Of a stretch of DNA of 64,000 nucleotides, positions 32,238-42,846 are shown piece after piece. This DNA comes from Sulfurospirillaceae bacterium. Its GTDB lineage: Bacteria; Campylobacterota; Campylobacteria; Campylobacterales; Sulfurospirillaceae. The notes below the pieces were generated by a model. That model worked only from the letters and a program-made list of their open reading frames with translations, was not told where the DNA came from and ran no database searches. The stretch covers positions 64,001 to 128,000 of the forward strand of contig JAWVXD010000002.1 in NCBI GenBank assembly GCA_033723415.1. Direction: 5' to 3'. A program made the translations under genes and the position numbers. Numbering within the stretch: the stretch's first letter is position 1; each line of letters begins with the position of its first letter.

Positions 32238-32270
32238 ATTATAACAAAACAGTGTCTTTAAAGTGTCTTT
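32238..32270 (-). promoter_or_regulatory. Sigma70 extended -10 with upstream 11-bp-period direct repeat
   Basis: Minus strand AAAGACACT-TT-AAAGACACT-GTTT-TGTTATAAT. Confidence 0.6.
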
Positions 32271-32740
32271 TAAATAGTTTTGCAATCAGTCAGCTTTTCT
32301 AATACTTCATTTACATGTCCTTTTACTTTAACTTTATCCCAGAAAGCTGCTATTTTACCGCTTGGATCAATCAAAAAAGTTGAACGAACTATACCCATAT
32401 ACTCTTTCCCGTATAATTTTTTTAACTGCCAAACGCCATACAGATTTGAAACCTCTTTTTCTACATCAGACAACAATGTGATCTGTAAATCTTTTTTTTG
32501 AATAAAGTTTCTATGACTTTTTGGACTATCCGGGCTTATCCCTATAATAACAGCGTCAATCTTATCAAAATCCGGCATCATTTGTGTAAATTCACAAGCT
32601 TCAGTCGTACATCCAGGAGTATTGTCTTTTGGATAAAAATACAATACTATCCATTTTCCTTTTAGATCTCTCATACATATCTCTACATCATCTTGATTTG
32701 GTAAACAAAATTCAGGTGCGTTTTTACCTATTTCTAACAT
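32270..32740 (-). CDS. bcp: Thioredoxin-dependent peroxiredoxin Bcp
   Basis: YFYPKDNTPGCTTEAC; alternative start at 32746. Confidence 0.95.
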   Translation of the reverse strand: MLEIGKNAPEFCLPNQDDVEICMRDLKGKWIVLYFYPKDNTPGCTTEACEFTQMMPDFDKIDAVIIGISPDSPKSHRNFIQKKDLQITLLSDVEKEVSNLYGVWQLKKLYGKEYMGIVRSTFLIDPSGKIAAFWDKVKVKGHVNEVLEKLTDCKTI

Positions 32741-32793
32741 TGACATCCTTTTTATATTTTATTCTCGTGTATTATCGACAAACTAACTAAAAA

Positions 32794-33648
32794 CTAGAAT
32801 TTATTTATCTTGAACCACTCTTGTGGAAGTCCTACCTCTGAGCTATATGCCGCAACGATCATGCTCGCAACCATACCGCGAGATGCACTGTCACCACCAG
32901 CTTTGGCATTTTGAATCAAAAGATTTTTTAGATCAAACGGATACTTACTTAAAAGATGAATAATACCACTGAACCCCTCATCTATACCGCATGCCGGGCC
33001 AAATTTTCTTATTGTTTCAAAGGTGTCTTGGTGTTTTGATGCAACTCCATTTTCTACGCTTTTTATCACATAAGGACTAAACTCATCTTTCAAAAGTAGC
33101 ATCTCTTTTTCTATATTTTTTGATTTTTCTGCTCTGAAAAGAAGCTTGGCAAAAAAGATAGATGCTTCTATTACTTTTGGTGAATTGTGAGAAAGCCTCA
33201 CAAAATCATTAACATTTCGTAGGAAAGAAGCTTCATCTTTTGAAACCAGTAAAAGCGGTGCTATTCGACCGATCACTGAGAAATCTTCTGAATTTGAGCC
33301 TATAGTTTTACCTTGTTCTAGATTTACAAGCGTTTCTCTTGTCGCACCGTCGATATAGCCCTCGTATGAGCCCATCTTATCTCTCCAAAATTCCAGATAC
33401 TCTAAAGCATTAAATTCTGATTTGTCTTTTAAAAATTCTTTTAAGAAATATGCTTGATCTCCTATATGAGTAAAGTCTCCGGCATTTTTACCTTTATGCC
33501 ATTGTGCTTTTGGAGCGTTTAATGCTTCCCAATCAACATCTAGATCATGTAATTGTTTTTCATCATAGACCCAATGAGCACCTAAACTATAGGAATCTGC
33601 TACAAGTGTCACTAAAACTATCTCTTCTATTTTTTCTTTACTAAACAT
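32794..33648 (-). CDS. ADP-ribosylglycohydrolase family protein (J1-crystallin/SelJ-like)
   Basis: ADS..LGAHWVYD, THIGDQ, GGDSASRG, LPQEW. Confidence 0.8.
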   Translation of the reverse strand: MFSKEKIEEIVLVTLVADSYSLGAHWVYDEKQLHDLDVDWEALNAPKAQWHKGKNAGDFTHIGDQAYFLKEFLKDKSEFNALEYLEFWRDKMGSYEGYIDGATRETLVNLEQGKTIGSNSEDFSVIGRIAPLLLVSKDEASFLRNVNDFVRLSHNSPKVIEASIFFAKLLFRAEKSKNIEKEMLLLKDEFSPYVIKSVENGVASKHQDTFETIRKFGPACGIDEGFSGIIHLLSKYPFDLKNLLIQNAKAGGDSASRGMVASMIVAAYSSEVGLPQEWFKINKF

Positions 33649-33797
33649 AATGTATCCTTTTATTTATATATATTTATTATAACCCTCAAAAGTAAATAAT
33701 GTTATTTAATAATATTTTTTTCATAAAATTGATACAATTCTATGAACAAAAACTAAACACAACAATAAAAAGTGTATCTATTTGGAGGGATAATAAA

Positions 33798-34220
33798 ATG
33801 AAAGTTATATGTCCACACTGCCTAGCAATAAATAATGTTCCTATAAAAGAAGACTACAACAAGGCTAACTGTGGAAAATGTAAACAATCTCTTTTGGAGG
33901 CAAAACCTGTTGACCTGACAAGCTCAAATATAGATAGAATATTAGAGAATTCTGACATCCCTGTGATAGTTGATTTTTGGGCACCTTGGTGTGGTCCATG
34001 CAAGATGATGGCTCCAGTATTTGCTGATGTTGCTATAGGATTCCCGTTAAAAGCACTCTTTGCTAAAGTAAACACTGAAAATGAACAATTCTTAGGAAGC
34101 AGGTTTAAGATAAGAAGCATCCCTACATTGGTAGTTTTTAAAAATGGTAAAGAAGTTGAACGAGTATCAGGGGCGATGGATCCTATTTCCTTGGAAAGCT
34201 TTGTCAGAAAATTTGTATAA
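33798..34220 (+). CDS. trxC: Thioredoxin 2 (zinc-finger thioredoxin)
   Basis: CPHC..CGKC plus WCGPC; start after GGAGG. Confidence 0.92.
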   Translation: MKVICPHCLAINNVPIKEDYNKANCGKCKQSLLEAKPVDLTSSNIDRILENSDIPVIVDFWAPWCGPCKMMAPVFADVAIGFPLKALFAKVNTENEQFLGSRFKIRSIPTLVVFKNGKEVERVSGAMDPISLESFVRKFV

Positions 34221-34264
34221 CATCTTTTTTTTTCATCTTGGCAATATAAGATACATAAGCAACA

Positions 34265-35482
34265 ATGAACAATAAAAAATTAAATGTATTTACCCTATCC
34301 AGCCTTATTATAGGTCCAATCCTAGGTTCTGGTATTATATTATTGCCTCCCCTTTTATATGATAGGGTCGGTAACTATTCATTAATTATTTGGGCCGGTA
34401 TCCTTGTGCTTGGTTTTTTATTTGCCATGATATTTGGAAAACTTGCTACATTATATCCTGGAGATGGAGGCGTCTCTTTGGCTACAAAAGCTGCCATGGG
34501 AAAGCATTATCAACTTTTGACATCACTGTATCTTATATGCGCTGTTTTATTTGGTCCGCCTGCCGTATTCTTGATAGCAGCTAAATTCATTTCGGCATAC
34601 TTTCCGCAAACTCCTTTGAGCATTTTGGGCTTTTTTATATACCTTCTGACATACGCGTTACTTCTCTTAAGAATTGATTTTTTAGGCAAGTTGATGCTAA
34701 TTGTCACAACTGCCATAACATTAATATTTTTTATATCAAGTGTAAATATTTTAATACATGCTCATTCATTTACTTTTATACTGCCTCATATTCAAATAAA
34801 AGAGATCGGATATTCTTTTTTAATCGTGTTTTGGGCTATAGTCGGCTGGGAAGTTATAGGGAACTATTCAAATGAAGTTAAAGACCAAAGGACCCTGATA
34901 AATGCCGTCATATTTTCTGCTGTAATAGTATCTTGCATATATTTTTTGATTGCTCTTGCAGTTTGTGTTGGAGATTTTCAATACAAAGGAACTCAGGCAT
35001 TCAAACTCGTATGGCTCTTGCAGCCATTGTTTAAGGAGTATTCACAAATAATACTCTCAAGCATGTCCGTGATCTTGTGTATAGGAACGCTTATGCTTTT
35101 CATAGGTGGAGTTTCAAGACTGATCTCATCACTAAATTTGACAAAATATTCATCCAAACATCTAAAAAACGGTACTCCTATAGGAGCATTAAATTTTTTA
35201 TCTACTGTATATCTGATTGAGCTTTATCTAGTTCATGAGGGCTTTTTGACCTTAGATAAACTAGTAGCATCTGCCGATGGTTTTTTCATCGCAAATGCAA
35301 CCATAGGACTAGTAACTGCCATAATTCTTTTTAAAAACGGTATTTTGAGATTTGGCGCAATCATTCTATCTGCTCTTTTTCTGAGTATCTTGCTTTTTTC
35401 AAATATTTTTATTTTATCTCTCATTATAGGACTTTTTTTATTTACATACTTTAAAGCTAAAAGATCTATACTACTGGTTTAG
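34265..35482 (+). CDS. APC family amino acid permease (YjeH-like)
   Basis: ILGSGI..LP, YPGDGG, FWAIVGWE; many TMs. Confidence 0.8.
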   Translation: MNNKKLNVFTLSSLIIGPILGSGIILLPPLLYDRVGNYSLIIWAGILVLGFLFAMIFGKLATLYPGDGGVSLATKAAMGKHYQLLTSLYLICAVLFGPPAVFLIAAKFISAYFPQTPLSILGFFIYLLTYALLLLRIDFLGKLMLIVTTAITLIFFISSVNILIHAHSFTFILPHIQIKEIGYSFLIVFWAIVGWEVIGNYSNEVKDQRTLINAVIFSAVIVSCIYFLIALAVCVGDFQYKGTQAFKLVWLLQPLFKEYSQIILSSMSVILCIGTLMLFIGGVSRLISSLNLTKYSSKHLKNGTPIGALNFLSTVYLIELYLVHEGFLTLDKLVASADGFFIANATIGLVTAIILFKNGILRFGAIILSALFLSILLFSNIFILSLIIGLFLFTYFKAKRSILLV

Positions 35483-35631
35483 TAAAGTAAATAAGGCAAA
35501 AACAACAATTTTCATAAATGGATTTTTAGCTTCTAAATGTGCTCTGAGTTGCCCTCTATTGACTCCTAAAACTACATTTAATGTAAACTTGGATATTATT
35601 ATACCTATTTTAATACAACAGGTAGGCACAA

Positions 35632-36546
35632 ATGGAAAAAGCAAAATTTATTTGGATGGATGGAACACTAACCCCTTGGGATGAAGCAAATGTTCATATC
35701 TTAACCCATACTCTACATTATGGGAACGGCGTGTTTGAAGGCACAAGAGCCTATATGACAGAAAAAGGGCTTGCCATTTTTAAATTGAGAGAACATACCA
35801 AGAGACTTTTGAACTCTGCTAAGATAACAAGAATAAAACCAAATTTTACATTAGAAGAGCTAGAGAAGGCTCAAATCGACACATTAAGAGAAAATAATTT
35901 TAAGTCAAATGTATATATAAGGCCTCTTATATATCTAGGATATGGGATTATGGGTCTATACCACATAAATGCTCCTGTCAGAACTGCAATAGCAGCTTGG
36001 GAATGGGGAAGTTATCTAGGGGATGAAGGATTAGAAAAAGGGATAAGAGTCAAAATCTCGTCTTTTGCAAGAAACCCTGTCAGCTCAACTATGGGAAAGG
36101 CAAAAGCTGCTGCAAATTATCTAAATTCACAATTAGCTAAGTTTGAAGCTATGGAAGCAGGATATGAAGAGGCTCTCTTGCTAGATACGGAAGGTTTTGT
36201 AGCAGAAGGAAGCGGCGAGTGCTTTTTTATAGTTAGAGACGGTGTATTAATCTCTCCTCCAAATGATACTTCTCTAGAAAGTATAACTCAAGGAATGGTA
36301 ATACAATTGGCAAAAGATGCAGGAATAGAAGTACAAAGAAGAAGAATTACAAGAGATGAAGTTTATATAGCTGATGAAGCATTTTTTACCGGTACTGCCG
36401 CAGAAGTAACTCCTATAAAAGATGTTGACGGCTATGTCATAGGAGATGGCAAAAGAGGCGAAATGACCAAACAACTTCAAAATGCATACTTTGATGTAGT
36501 TTATGGAAGAAATAAAAAATATGAGCATTTGCTAACGTATATTTAA
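35632..36546 (+). CDS. ilvE: Branched-chain amino acid aminotransferase
   Basis: LHYGNGVFEG, EGSGE, LESIT, FFTGTAAEV. Confidence 0.96.
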   Translation: MEKAKFIWMDGTLTPWDEANVHILTHTLHYGNGVFEGTRAYMTEKGLAIFKLREHTKRLLNSAKITRIKPNFTLEELEKAQIDTLRENNFKSNVYIRPLIYLGYGIMGLYHINAPVRTAIAAWEWGSYLGDEGLEKGIRVKISSFARNPVSSTMGKAKAAANYLNSQLAKFEAMEAGYEEALLLDTEGFVAEGSGECFFIVRDGVLISPPNDTSLESITQGMVIQLAKDAGIEVQRRRITRDEVYIADEAFFTGTAAEVTPIKDVDGYVIGDGKRGEMTKQLQNAYFDVVYGRNKKYEHLLTYI

Positions 36547-36704
36547 CAAAGGGCGGTATAATAAAGAATATCAAGATTAAATTTAGTTTAATACCTCAAA
36601 CAAATTAAACTAATATGATAAATTCTACACAAAGCGTGAGCTTATGTGATAGAAATTTGTATCAGGATAAGTTCCAATACAAAATACAATGAAAAAGGAA
36701 AGTA

Positions 36705-37802
36705 ATGCCAGTTGATTTAAATGATTATTTTAAGAAAAAGAATGGAAGTAACGGAGGCAATAGCGGAGGAGGAGACGGTGGAAATCGTCGACCAAGCCAA
36801 GGTTTTGAGCCACCTGAGATATTTAAGAATCTAGGCAAAAAAGCAGGATTCTTATATGTTCTAATTGCCATAATAGCATTACTTGTGATTTCAAAACCAT
36901 TTGTGATAATAAACTCTGGAGAGATGGGAATAAAAGCAACGGCAGGAAAGTTTGAGACTACCCCTTTAAACCCTGGTTTTCATATATTTATTCCTTTTGT
37001 CCAACAGATTTTTATCGTGGATACCAAAGTTAGAGTTATTAACTATACCTCTGGTGCAGATCAAGAAAGTGTACAAAGAGGCTCTGGAATCAAAAATAAA
37101 AATGCAATATCAGTCTTAGATTCAAGAGGTTTGCCCGTATCTATTGACTTAACCGTTCAGTATAAACTTGAGCCTTCCACTGCTCCGCAAACTATAGCAA
37201 CATGGGGTATGGCATGGGAAGATAAAATCATAAATCCTGTTGTTAGAGACGTCGCAAGAAATGTTGTAGGGCAATACCCTGCAGAAGAGTTACCGGTAAA
37301 AAGAAACATAATTGCCGCTAAAATTGATCAGCAAATAAGAAAAAACATCGAAGCGCAGCCCGGTCATCCAGTACAACTTTTAACGGTTCAATTAAGAAAC
37401 ATTATTTTGCCTCAAAAGATTAAAGATCAAATAGAAATAGTGCAAATAGCAAGACAGAGAGTTGAAAAAACCAAATATGAAGTAGAAACTGCAAATCAAG
37501 AAGCTCAAAAAGCGGCAGCTCTTGCTCAAGGACAGGCAAATGCAAGGAAGATAAAAGCCCAAGGACAAGCAAATGCTGTCAAAATTGAAGCAGACGCTAA
37601 TGCATATGCAAATATTGAGATAGCAAAAAGCATCACTCCTAATCTCTTGAAACTTCGTCAGATAGAAGTCCAAGGTAAATTTAACGATGCTCTACAGGTA
37701 AATAAAGATGCAAAAATATTCTTGACACCTGGTGGAGCAGTACCAAATATCTGGGTTGATGCAAAAGATACACAAAAGCTATCAAGTATGAGTAGTAAGT
37801 AG
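36705..37802 (+). CDS. SPFH/prohibitin family membrane protein
   Basis: Gly-rich N-terminus, TM, band-7 domain, Ala/Gln coiled coil. Confidence 0.9.
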   Translation: MPVDLNDYFKKKNGSNGGNSGGGDGGNRRPSQGFEPPEIFKNLGKKAGFLYVLIAIIALLVISKPFVIINSGEMGIKATAGKFETTPLNPGFHIFIPFVQQIFIVDTKVRVINYTSGADQESVQRGSGIKNKNAISVLDSRGLPVSIDLTVQYKLEPSTAPQTIATWGMAWEDKIINPVVRDVARNVVGQYPAEELPVKRNIIAAKIDQQIRKNIEAQPGHPVQLLTVQLRNIILPQKIKDQIEIVQIARQRVEKTKYEVETANQEAQKAAALAQGQANARKIKAQGQANAVKIEADANAYANIEIAKSITPNLLKLRQIEVQGKFNDALQVNKDAKIFLTPGGAVPNIWVDAKDTQKLSSMSSK

Positions 37803-37808
37803 GAAATT

Positions 37809-38492
37809 ATGGATAAAGAGCTAATAAACACTATTGACTGGGAAAAAAATCTTCTTATCCCGGTCATTGCCCAAGATTATCAAAGCGGGGAAGTGCTTAT
37901 GTTGGCTTATACCAATAGAGAAGCTCTTGATCTAACCATCAAGACAAATGTAGCTCATTATTATTCAAGAAGTAGAAAAAGGCTTTGGAAAAAAGGTGAA
38001 CAAAGCGGAAATATACAGGAAATAAAAGAGATATATCTTGATTGTGACAGCGACACATTACTTTTAAAAGTAAAACAAACTGGTGTCGCTTGCCACACTG
38101 GGAGAACGTCTTGTTTCTTTAATCGTATTGATTTATGCGAAGATACAAAACAAGTTGATCAACAGACAACTAACTATAGTGTAAGTGATGATCTATACCA
38201 TATTATCAAGGAACGAAAAAATTCTGATCCTTCAAAATCTTATGTATCTTCTTTATTCAAAAAAGGTGAAAATTCAATATTAAAAAAAGTCGTTGAAGAG
38301 GCCGGAGAGTTTTGTTTTGCAGTAAAAGATAAAAATGAAAAAGAGATTATCTATGAAGCTGCAGATCTTGCTTTTCACACACTTGTCGCTTTAGGCTATA
38401 GAGATATAAATCCTGATTTAGTAAAACAGGAATTAAAAAGAAGATTTGGAATAAGCGGCATTGAGGAGAAAAATAGTAGAAAAGATGGATGA
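37809..38492 (+). CDS. hisIE: Phosphoribosyl-AMP cyclohydrolase/phosphoribosyl-ATP pyrophosphatase
   Basis: WKKGE.SG, DCDSD, ACHTGRTSCF, KVVEEAGE. Confidence 0.95.
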   Translation: MDKELINTIDWEKNLLIPVIAQDYQSGEVLMLAYTNREALDLTIKTNVAHYYSRSRKRLWKKGEQSGNIQEIKEIYLDCDSDTLLLKVKQTGVACHTGRTSCFFNRIDLCEDTKQVDQQTTNYSVSDDLYHIIKERKNSDPSKSYVSSLFKKGENSILKKVVEEAGEFCFAVKDKNEKEIIYEAADLAFHTLVALGYRDINPDLVKQELKRRFGISGIEEKNSRKDG

Positions 38493-39012
38493 TTTAAAAG
38501 CTTCTATTTCGCTGTATATCAAACATTTTACCAGTTATGATTATATAGCATATGGCTGGCTTTTGGCTACATTTGTACTACTTCTGATACTCTCAATATT
38601 GTTTATTAAAAAATCTCCTAAGACTTCTTTATTTCTTATATTATTAGCATTTGTTCTTTTTTTTATTTGTCCTATGTTCGTAAAGAACTTTCTTGATAAG
38701 ACAATAAGACCTCTAGAAGTAAAAAATATAAGTTATAAAAAACTGCATTTCTCAGATACGCTTATATTGAATTGGAGTATTCAAAATCTCTCGAAAAATC
38801 CATATCAATATTGTCAAACAACAGCTATAATATATGAACCGTCCAAATCCAAAATCAAATCATTTTTAGATAAATTAAACCCTATTTTAAGTAGAACAAT
38901 CTTAGAGGAAAAGACAATAAATCCAAATGAGATCAATAATGATCAATTGGTATTAAATAATTTTAATACCAACAGAGATATTAACATATCCGTAAAAGCA
39001 GAATGTTATTGA
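38485..39012 (+). CDS. DUF2393-like membrane protein
   Basis: Two N-terminal TMs and Ig-like domain with NLSK..C...CY; typical position after hisIE. Confidence 0.65.
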   Translation: MDDLKASISLYIKHFTSYDYIAYGWLLATFVLLLILSILFIKKSPKTSLFLILLAFVLFFICPMFVKNFLDKTIRPLEVKNISYKKLHFSDTLILNWSIQNLSKNPYQYCQTTAIIYEPSKSKIKSFLDKLNPILSRTILEEKTINPNEINNDQLVLNNFNTNRDINISVKAECY

Positions 39013-39079
39013 ATTTAAAATTTTACATCTTAATATTTTAATACTATGTAATTCAAATTCTAACAAAAGATTTTAAAGT

Positions 39080-39114
39080 AGGAGAATTAGAAGTTTTATT
39101 CTTCTAATTCTCCT
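39080..39114. terminator. Bidirectional terminator
   Basis: AGGAGAATTAGAAG-N7-CTTCTAATTCTCCT between convergent genes. Confidence 0.8.
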
Positions 39115-39136
39115 GCTTTTAGCTTATAACAATAGC

Positions 39137-40474
39137 TTATTTTATAAAATAATTCCCATCAAAACTTACAAGTGAATATTCCATATCATTGCCTATACTT
39201 GTTTTTAAAGCATCAATACTTAAAAAACTAAGAGAATCAGCCTCGATATACTCTTCAACTTCTTTTACGCTCTTATTTGCACTGATCAATTCTTCATAGC
39301 TTGGAGTATCAATACCATACTTATCTGGATGTTCAATAGTAGGTGAAGCTATACACATATGAACTTCTTTAGCCCCTGCTTCCTTTAATATCTTTATTAT
39401 TCTCTTGGCAGTCGTTCCTCTAACTATACTATCATCTATAACGACTATCTTTTTACCTTTCAAAAGGGAACCGATAGGCGATAATTTTAACTTGACTTTC
39501 ATATCTCGTTTTGCCTGAGTAGGTTCTATAAATGTTCGTCCAACATAGTGATTTCTGACTATTCCCATCTCAAATGGTATGTTACTCTCTTGAGCATATC
39601 CAAGTGCCGCACTAACACCGCTGTCAGGTACGGGGATGACTAGATCAGCATCTATTCTACTTTCTCGTGCCAATGCTCTTCCCATCTCTTTTCTAGCGGC
39701 ATAAACACTTTTACCTTCAATAACGCTATCAGGTCTTGCAAAATATATAAATTCAAATGCACAAATTCTAGGCTCTGGCTCAAATAATTGTACGCTTTCA
39801 TATTCATCTTTTGCATTATCAAATATTATCATCTCGCCAGGTCTCACATCTCTTATAAAGTGTGCCCCCACTAGATCAAATGCACAGGTTTCACTGGCCA
39901 CAATATATCCTCCATCATCTAAACGCCCCAAAGATAATGGTCTTACCCCATACTTGTCTCTAATGGCAAACATCTTATTTCTACCTTGTATCAAAAGGCA
40001 ATATGCACCTTTTATGACATTCAATGCCTCAACGATTCTATCTCTTAGATGCTCTTTATGGCTTCGTGCTATAAGATGTATTATATTTTCGGTATCCATC
40101 ATAGATTGAAATATTGCACCTTCTTCTATAAGATCCCTTCTTACTTCGTCTTTATTTATCAGGTTTCCGTTATGGGCTACTGAAATTTCACCCAGTTTAT
40201 AATTTGCATGCACAGGTTGTGCATCAACAGTAGATTTTTTACCTGCTGTTGAGTATCTATTGTGCCCAATTGCTATATTACCTGTTAGATGATTCAATGC
40301 GTCTTCATCAAACACTTCGGTTACTAAACCTTTTTTCTTAATAGTTTTTAATACTTTCCCGTCACTTACGCTAATACCTGTTGCTTCTTGCCCACGATGT
40401 TGCATAGCAAAAAGAGAATAATAAGCGATCCTAGCAGAATCGTTCGTACCAAATACACCGACTATTGCACACAT
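39137..40474 (-). CDS. purF: Amidophosphoribosyltransferase
   Basis: N-terminal MC, QHRGQE, DDSIVRGTT. Confidence 0.97.
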   Translation of the reverse strand: MCAIVGVFGTNDSARIAYYSLFAMQHRGQEATGISVSDGKVLKTIKKKGLVTEVFDEDALNHLTGNIAIGHNRYSTAGKKSTVDAQPVHANYKLGEISVAHNGNLINKDEVRRDLIEEGAIFQSMMDTENIIHLIARSHKEHLRDRIVEALNVIKGAYCLLIQGRNKMFAIRDKYGVRPLSLGRLDDGGYIVASETCAFDLVGAHFIRDVRPGEMIIFDNAKDEYESVQLFEPEPRICAFEFIYFARPDSVIEGKSVYAARKEMGRALARESRIDADLVIPVPDSGVSAALGYAQESNIPFEMGIVRNHYVGRTFIEPTQAKRDMKVKLKLSPIGSLLKGKKIVVIDDSIVRGTTAKRIIKILKEAGAKEVHMCIASPTIEHPDKYGIDTPSYEELISANKSVKEVEEYIEADSLSFLSIDALKTSIGNDMEYSLVSFDGNYFIK

Positions 40475-40688
40475 TTAAAACCTTTTTTATTATTTTATTT
40501 CTTATAGAAGAAGATAATTGAATATCAATCCTCTATTTTATAGCTAAAACCGTCTCATTATGAAAAAGCTTTAGATAAAGTGTTTGTTCTTATTAAGAAT
40601 AGAAAGCATATTTCCTATTCAACCCCTATCACAATACAAAAAAAATATTGATATAGAAAGATATAATGATACTAAATGTAGTAATATT

Positions 40689-41471
40689 CTAAAGACCTAT
40701 ACAATCATCTATAGTATACAAACCATTTTCTTGTTTTCCTATCCATTTAGCCGCTTTGATTGCGCCTTTGGCAAATGTATCTCTGCTTGTTGCGGTATGA
40801 TTTAATTCTATAAATTCACCATTATTGTAAAAACCAACAGTGTGTCTGCCTACAATATCTCCACCGCGAAGAGCCATGATGGCAATCTCATCTTTACTTC
40901 TCTCACCGATCAATCCATTTCTACCGCTAACTCTAACATCTTCTAAATTTAGACCTCTAGCACTAGCTGCGTGTTCACCTAATGTCATAGCTGTCCCACT
41001 TGGAGCATCTTTTTTGTATCTATGATGTTGTTCGACTATCTCAATATCAAAATCACTTAAACTCTTTGATGCAATAGCAACCAATTTATTTAATACAGCA
41101 ACTCCCAAAGACATATTTGTTGAATACAATATAGGCATAAGTTTTGACGCTTCATTTAGGAGATTTTTTTGATGTTCATTTAACCCTGTTGTTCCAATGA
41201 CTAGCGGAGTAGGTTTTTCTAGTGCAGCTTCAAGTAAGGATTCTGTTGCAAAAGCAATAGTAAAGTCTATTATAACATCACTATTTTCAAATAACTCATC
41301 ATATGATTCTGTCAAAATTGCATTTGCCGGTAAAATACTTTTGTATTCTTCTATTGCGTGAAGCATATGTGGATATGCTTCATCATCTCCCTTAAGATTT
41401 TCAACTAAAAGTTGTCCTACTCTACCGGTTGAGCCATGTATTCCTACTCTCAATGAGTTCTTATCAATCAT
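40689..41471 (-). CDS. dapB: 4-hydroxy-tetrahydrodipicolinate reductase
   Basis: [19 protein letters not shown]. Confidence 0.96.
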   Translation of the reverse strand: MIDKNSLRVGIHGSTGRVGQLLVENLKGDDEAYPHMLHAIEEYKSILPANAILTESYDELFENSDVIIDFTIAFATESLLEAALEKPTPLVIGTTGLNEHQKNLLNEASKLMPILYSTNMSLGVAVLNKLVAIASKSLSDFDIEIVEQHHRYKKDAPSGTAMTLGEHAASARGLNLEDVRVSGRNGLIGERSKDEIAIMALRGGDIVGRHTVGFYNNGEFIELNHTATSRDTFAKGAIKAAKWIGKQENGLYTIDDCIGL

Positions 41472-42396
41472 TTACATACTCCAAAGCCTGAATTCCTGCA
41501 GTTGCTCCATCGCCTGCTGCACAAACTACTTGTTTTGATGCCTTTATCCTTAGATCTCCTGCTGCAAAAAGTCCCTTTGTCGATGTGTGCATTTCAAGAT
41601 CCACTATTACATTTCCATTCTCATCTAAATCACAAATAGGAGAGCCGTCTTCTTGTATAAGTATAGAGTTATTTACATTCATGCCGACAAAAACAAAAAA
41701 TCCAGGAACCTGTAAGTCTCTCTTGTTACCATCTTTGCTTGAGATAATAACTCCGTTGACACCGCTGGCATCGCCATATATCTCATCTATAGTTGAATTT
41801 AAGATCAATTCTATATTTTTATTTTTCTTTACTTTTTCTACTGTTACAGGACTAGCTCTAAATGTATCTCTTCTATGGATCAGATACACCTTTGAACAAA
41901 TGTTTGCAAGATACAGTGCTTCTTCTAAAGCTGTATCGCCGCCGCCTAATACTGCAACTTCCTTATTTTTGTAAAAAAATCCATCACAAGTGGCACAAGT
42001 ACTTACTCCACGTCCAAAAAATTTATCTTCGCCTTTTATGCCTGATCGTCTAGGTGTACTGCCTGTGCATACAATAACACTTTTTGCTTCAACGACTTCA
42101 TCACCTAATAGCATAATTTCAAAAATTCCATCTTCTCTTTTGGATACGCGGCTAACTTCATCCATCCTGTGCTTCATTCCAAATCTCATACATTGTTCCG
42201 GCCAATTTTGCATCATATCCATACCGCTCATAACCTCTGAAATGCCGGGATAGTTTTCTATTTCACTGCTGCTGGTAATCTGTCCGCCGGGAAGACCTTT
42301 TTCAAACATTACTACCTCTTTTAGCCCACCTCTCGTTGCATATAAACCAGCGGTAAGTCCTGCCGGCCCTCCTCCTATAATCGCTAAATCCAACAT
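41464..42396 (-). CDS. trxB: Thioredoxin reductase
   Basis: GGGPAG, CATCDG, GGGDTA, HRRD. Confidence 0.97.
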   Translation of the reverse strand: MLDLAIIGGGPAGLTAGLYATRGGLKEVVMFEKGLPGGQITSSSEIENYPGISEVMSGMDMMQNWPEQCMRFGMKHRMDEVSRVSKREDGIFEIMLLGDEVVEAKSVIVCTGSTPRRSGIKGEDKFFGRGVSTCATCDGFFYKNKEVAVLGGGDTALEEALYLANICSKVYLIHRRDTFRASPVTVEKVKKNKNIELILNSTIDEIYGDASGVNGVIISSKDGNKRDLQVPGFFVFVGMNVNNSILIQEDGSPICDLDENGNVIVDLEMHTSTKGLFAAGDLRIKASKQVVCAAGDGATAGIQALEYVND

Positions 42397-42819
42397 TGTT
42401 TTCCTTTTTTACTTATTTAATTAATTCCAATTTATTATATTGTTATATATCATTTCATGATCTTTTATAAGGGATATGTCTGAAACTTGATATATACTGA
42501 ACCTTCGGACAAATTTTAGCAATAAATTTGCACAAGCATTTATACATTATACTTTTTATCTCTTGTTTTGATACAAATCTACCGTAATTATATGATTTGT
42601 CTTATTAACATTTCTTAAAATTTTATCGATATTATGAATCTTGAGGCTGTGTACTACAATCGGATACTTATAAAGTTGTATGAGAAAGATATCACTTTTA
42701 TCAAAGCAAATCCATTTGTAAAAATGAATCAAATAATATACAAAAAAACGATAATAATAATAAGACGAAAAAACAGCTGTTCTTATAACTGTACCAAAAA
42801 AAGAAGCAAAAATATAGTT

Positions 42820-42846
42820 AAGGGAGAGTAAGTTTCTCCCCCTTTT
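42820..42846. terminator. GC-rich hairpin, probable terminator
   Basis: GGGAGA-GTAAGTT-TCTCCC followed by CCTTTT. Confidence 0.5.

Noticed and set aside
40584..40805. 73-aa plus-strand ORF in the dapB-purF gap
   Set aside because: Overlaps the dapB 3' end antisense; no RBS or motif
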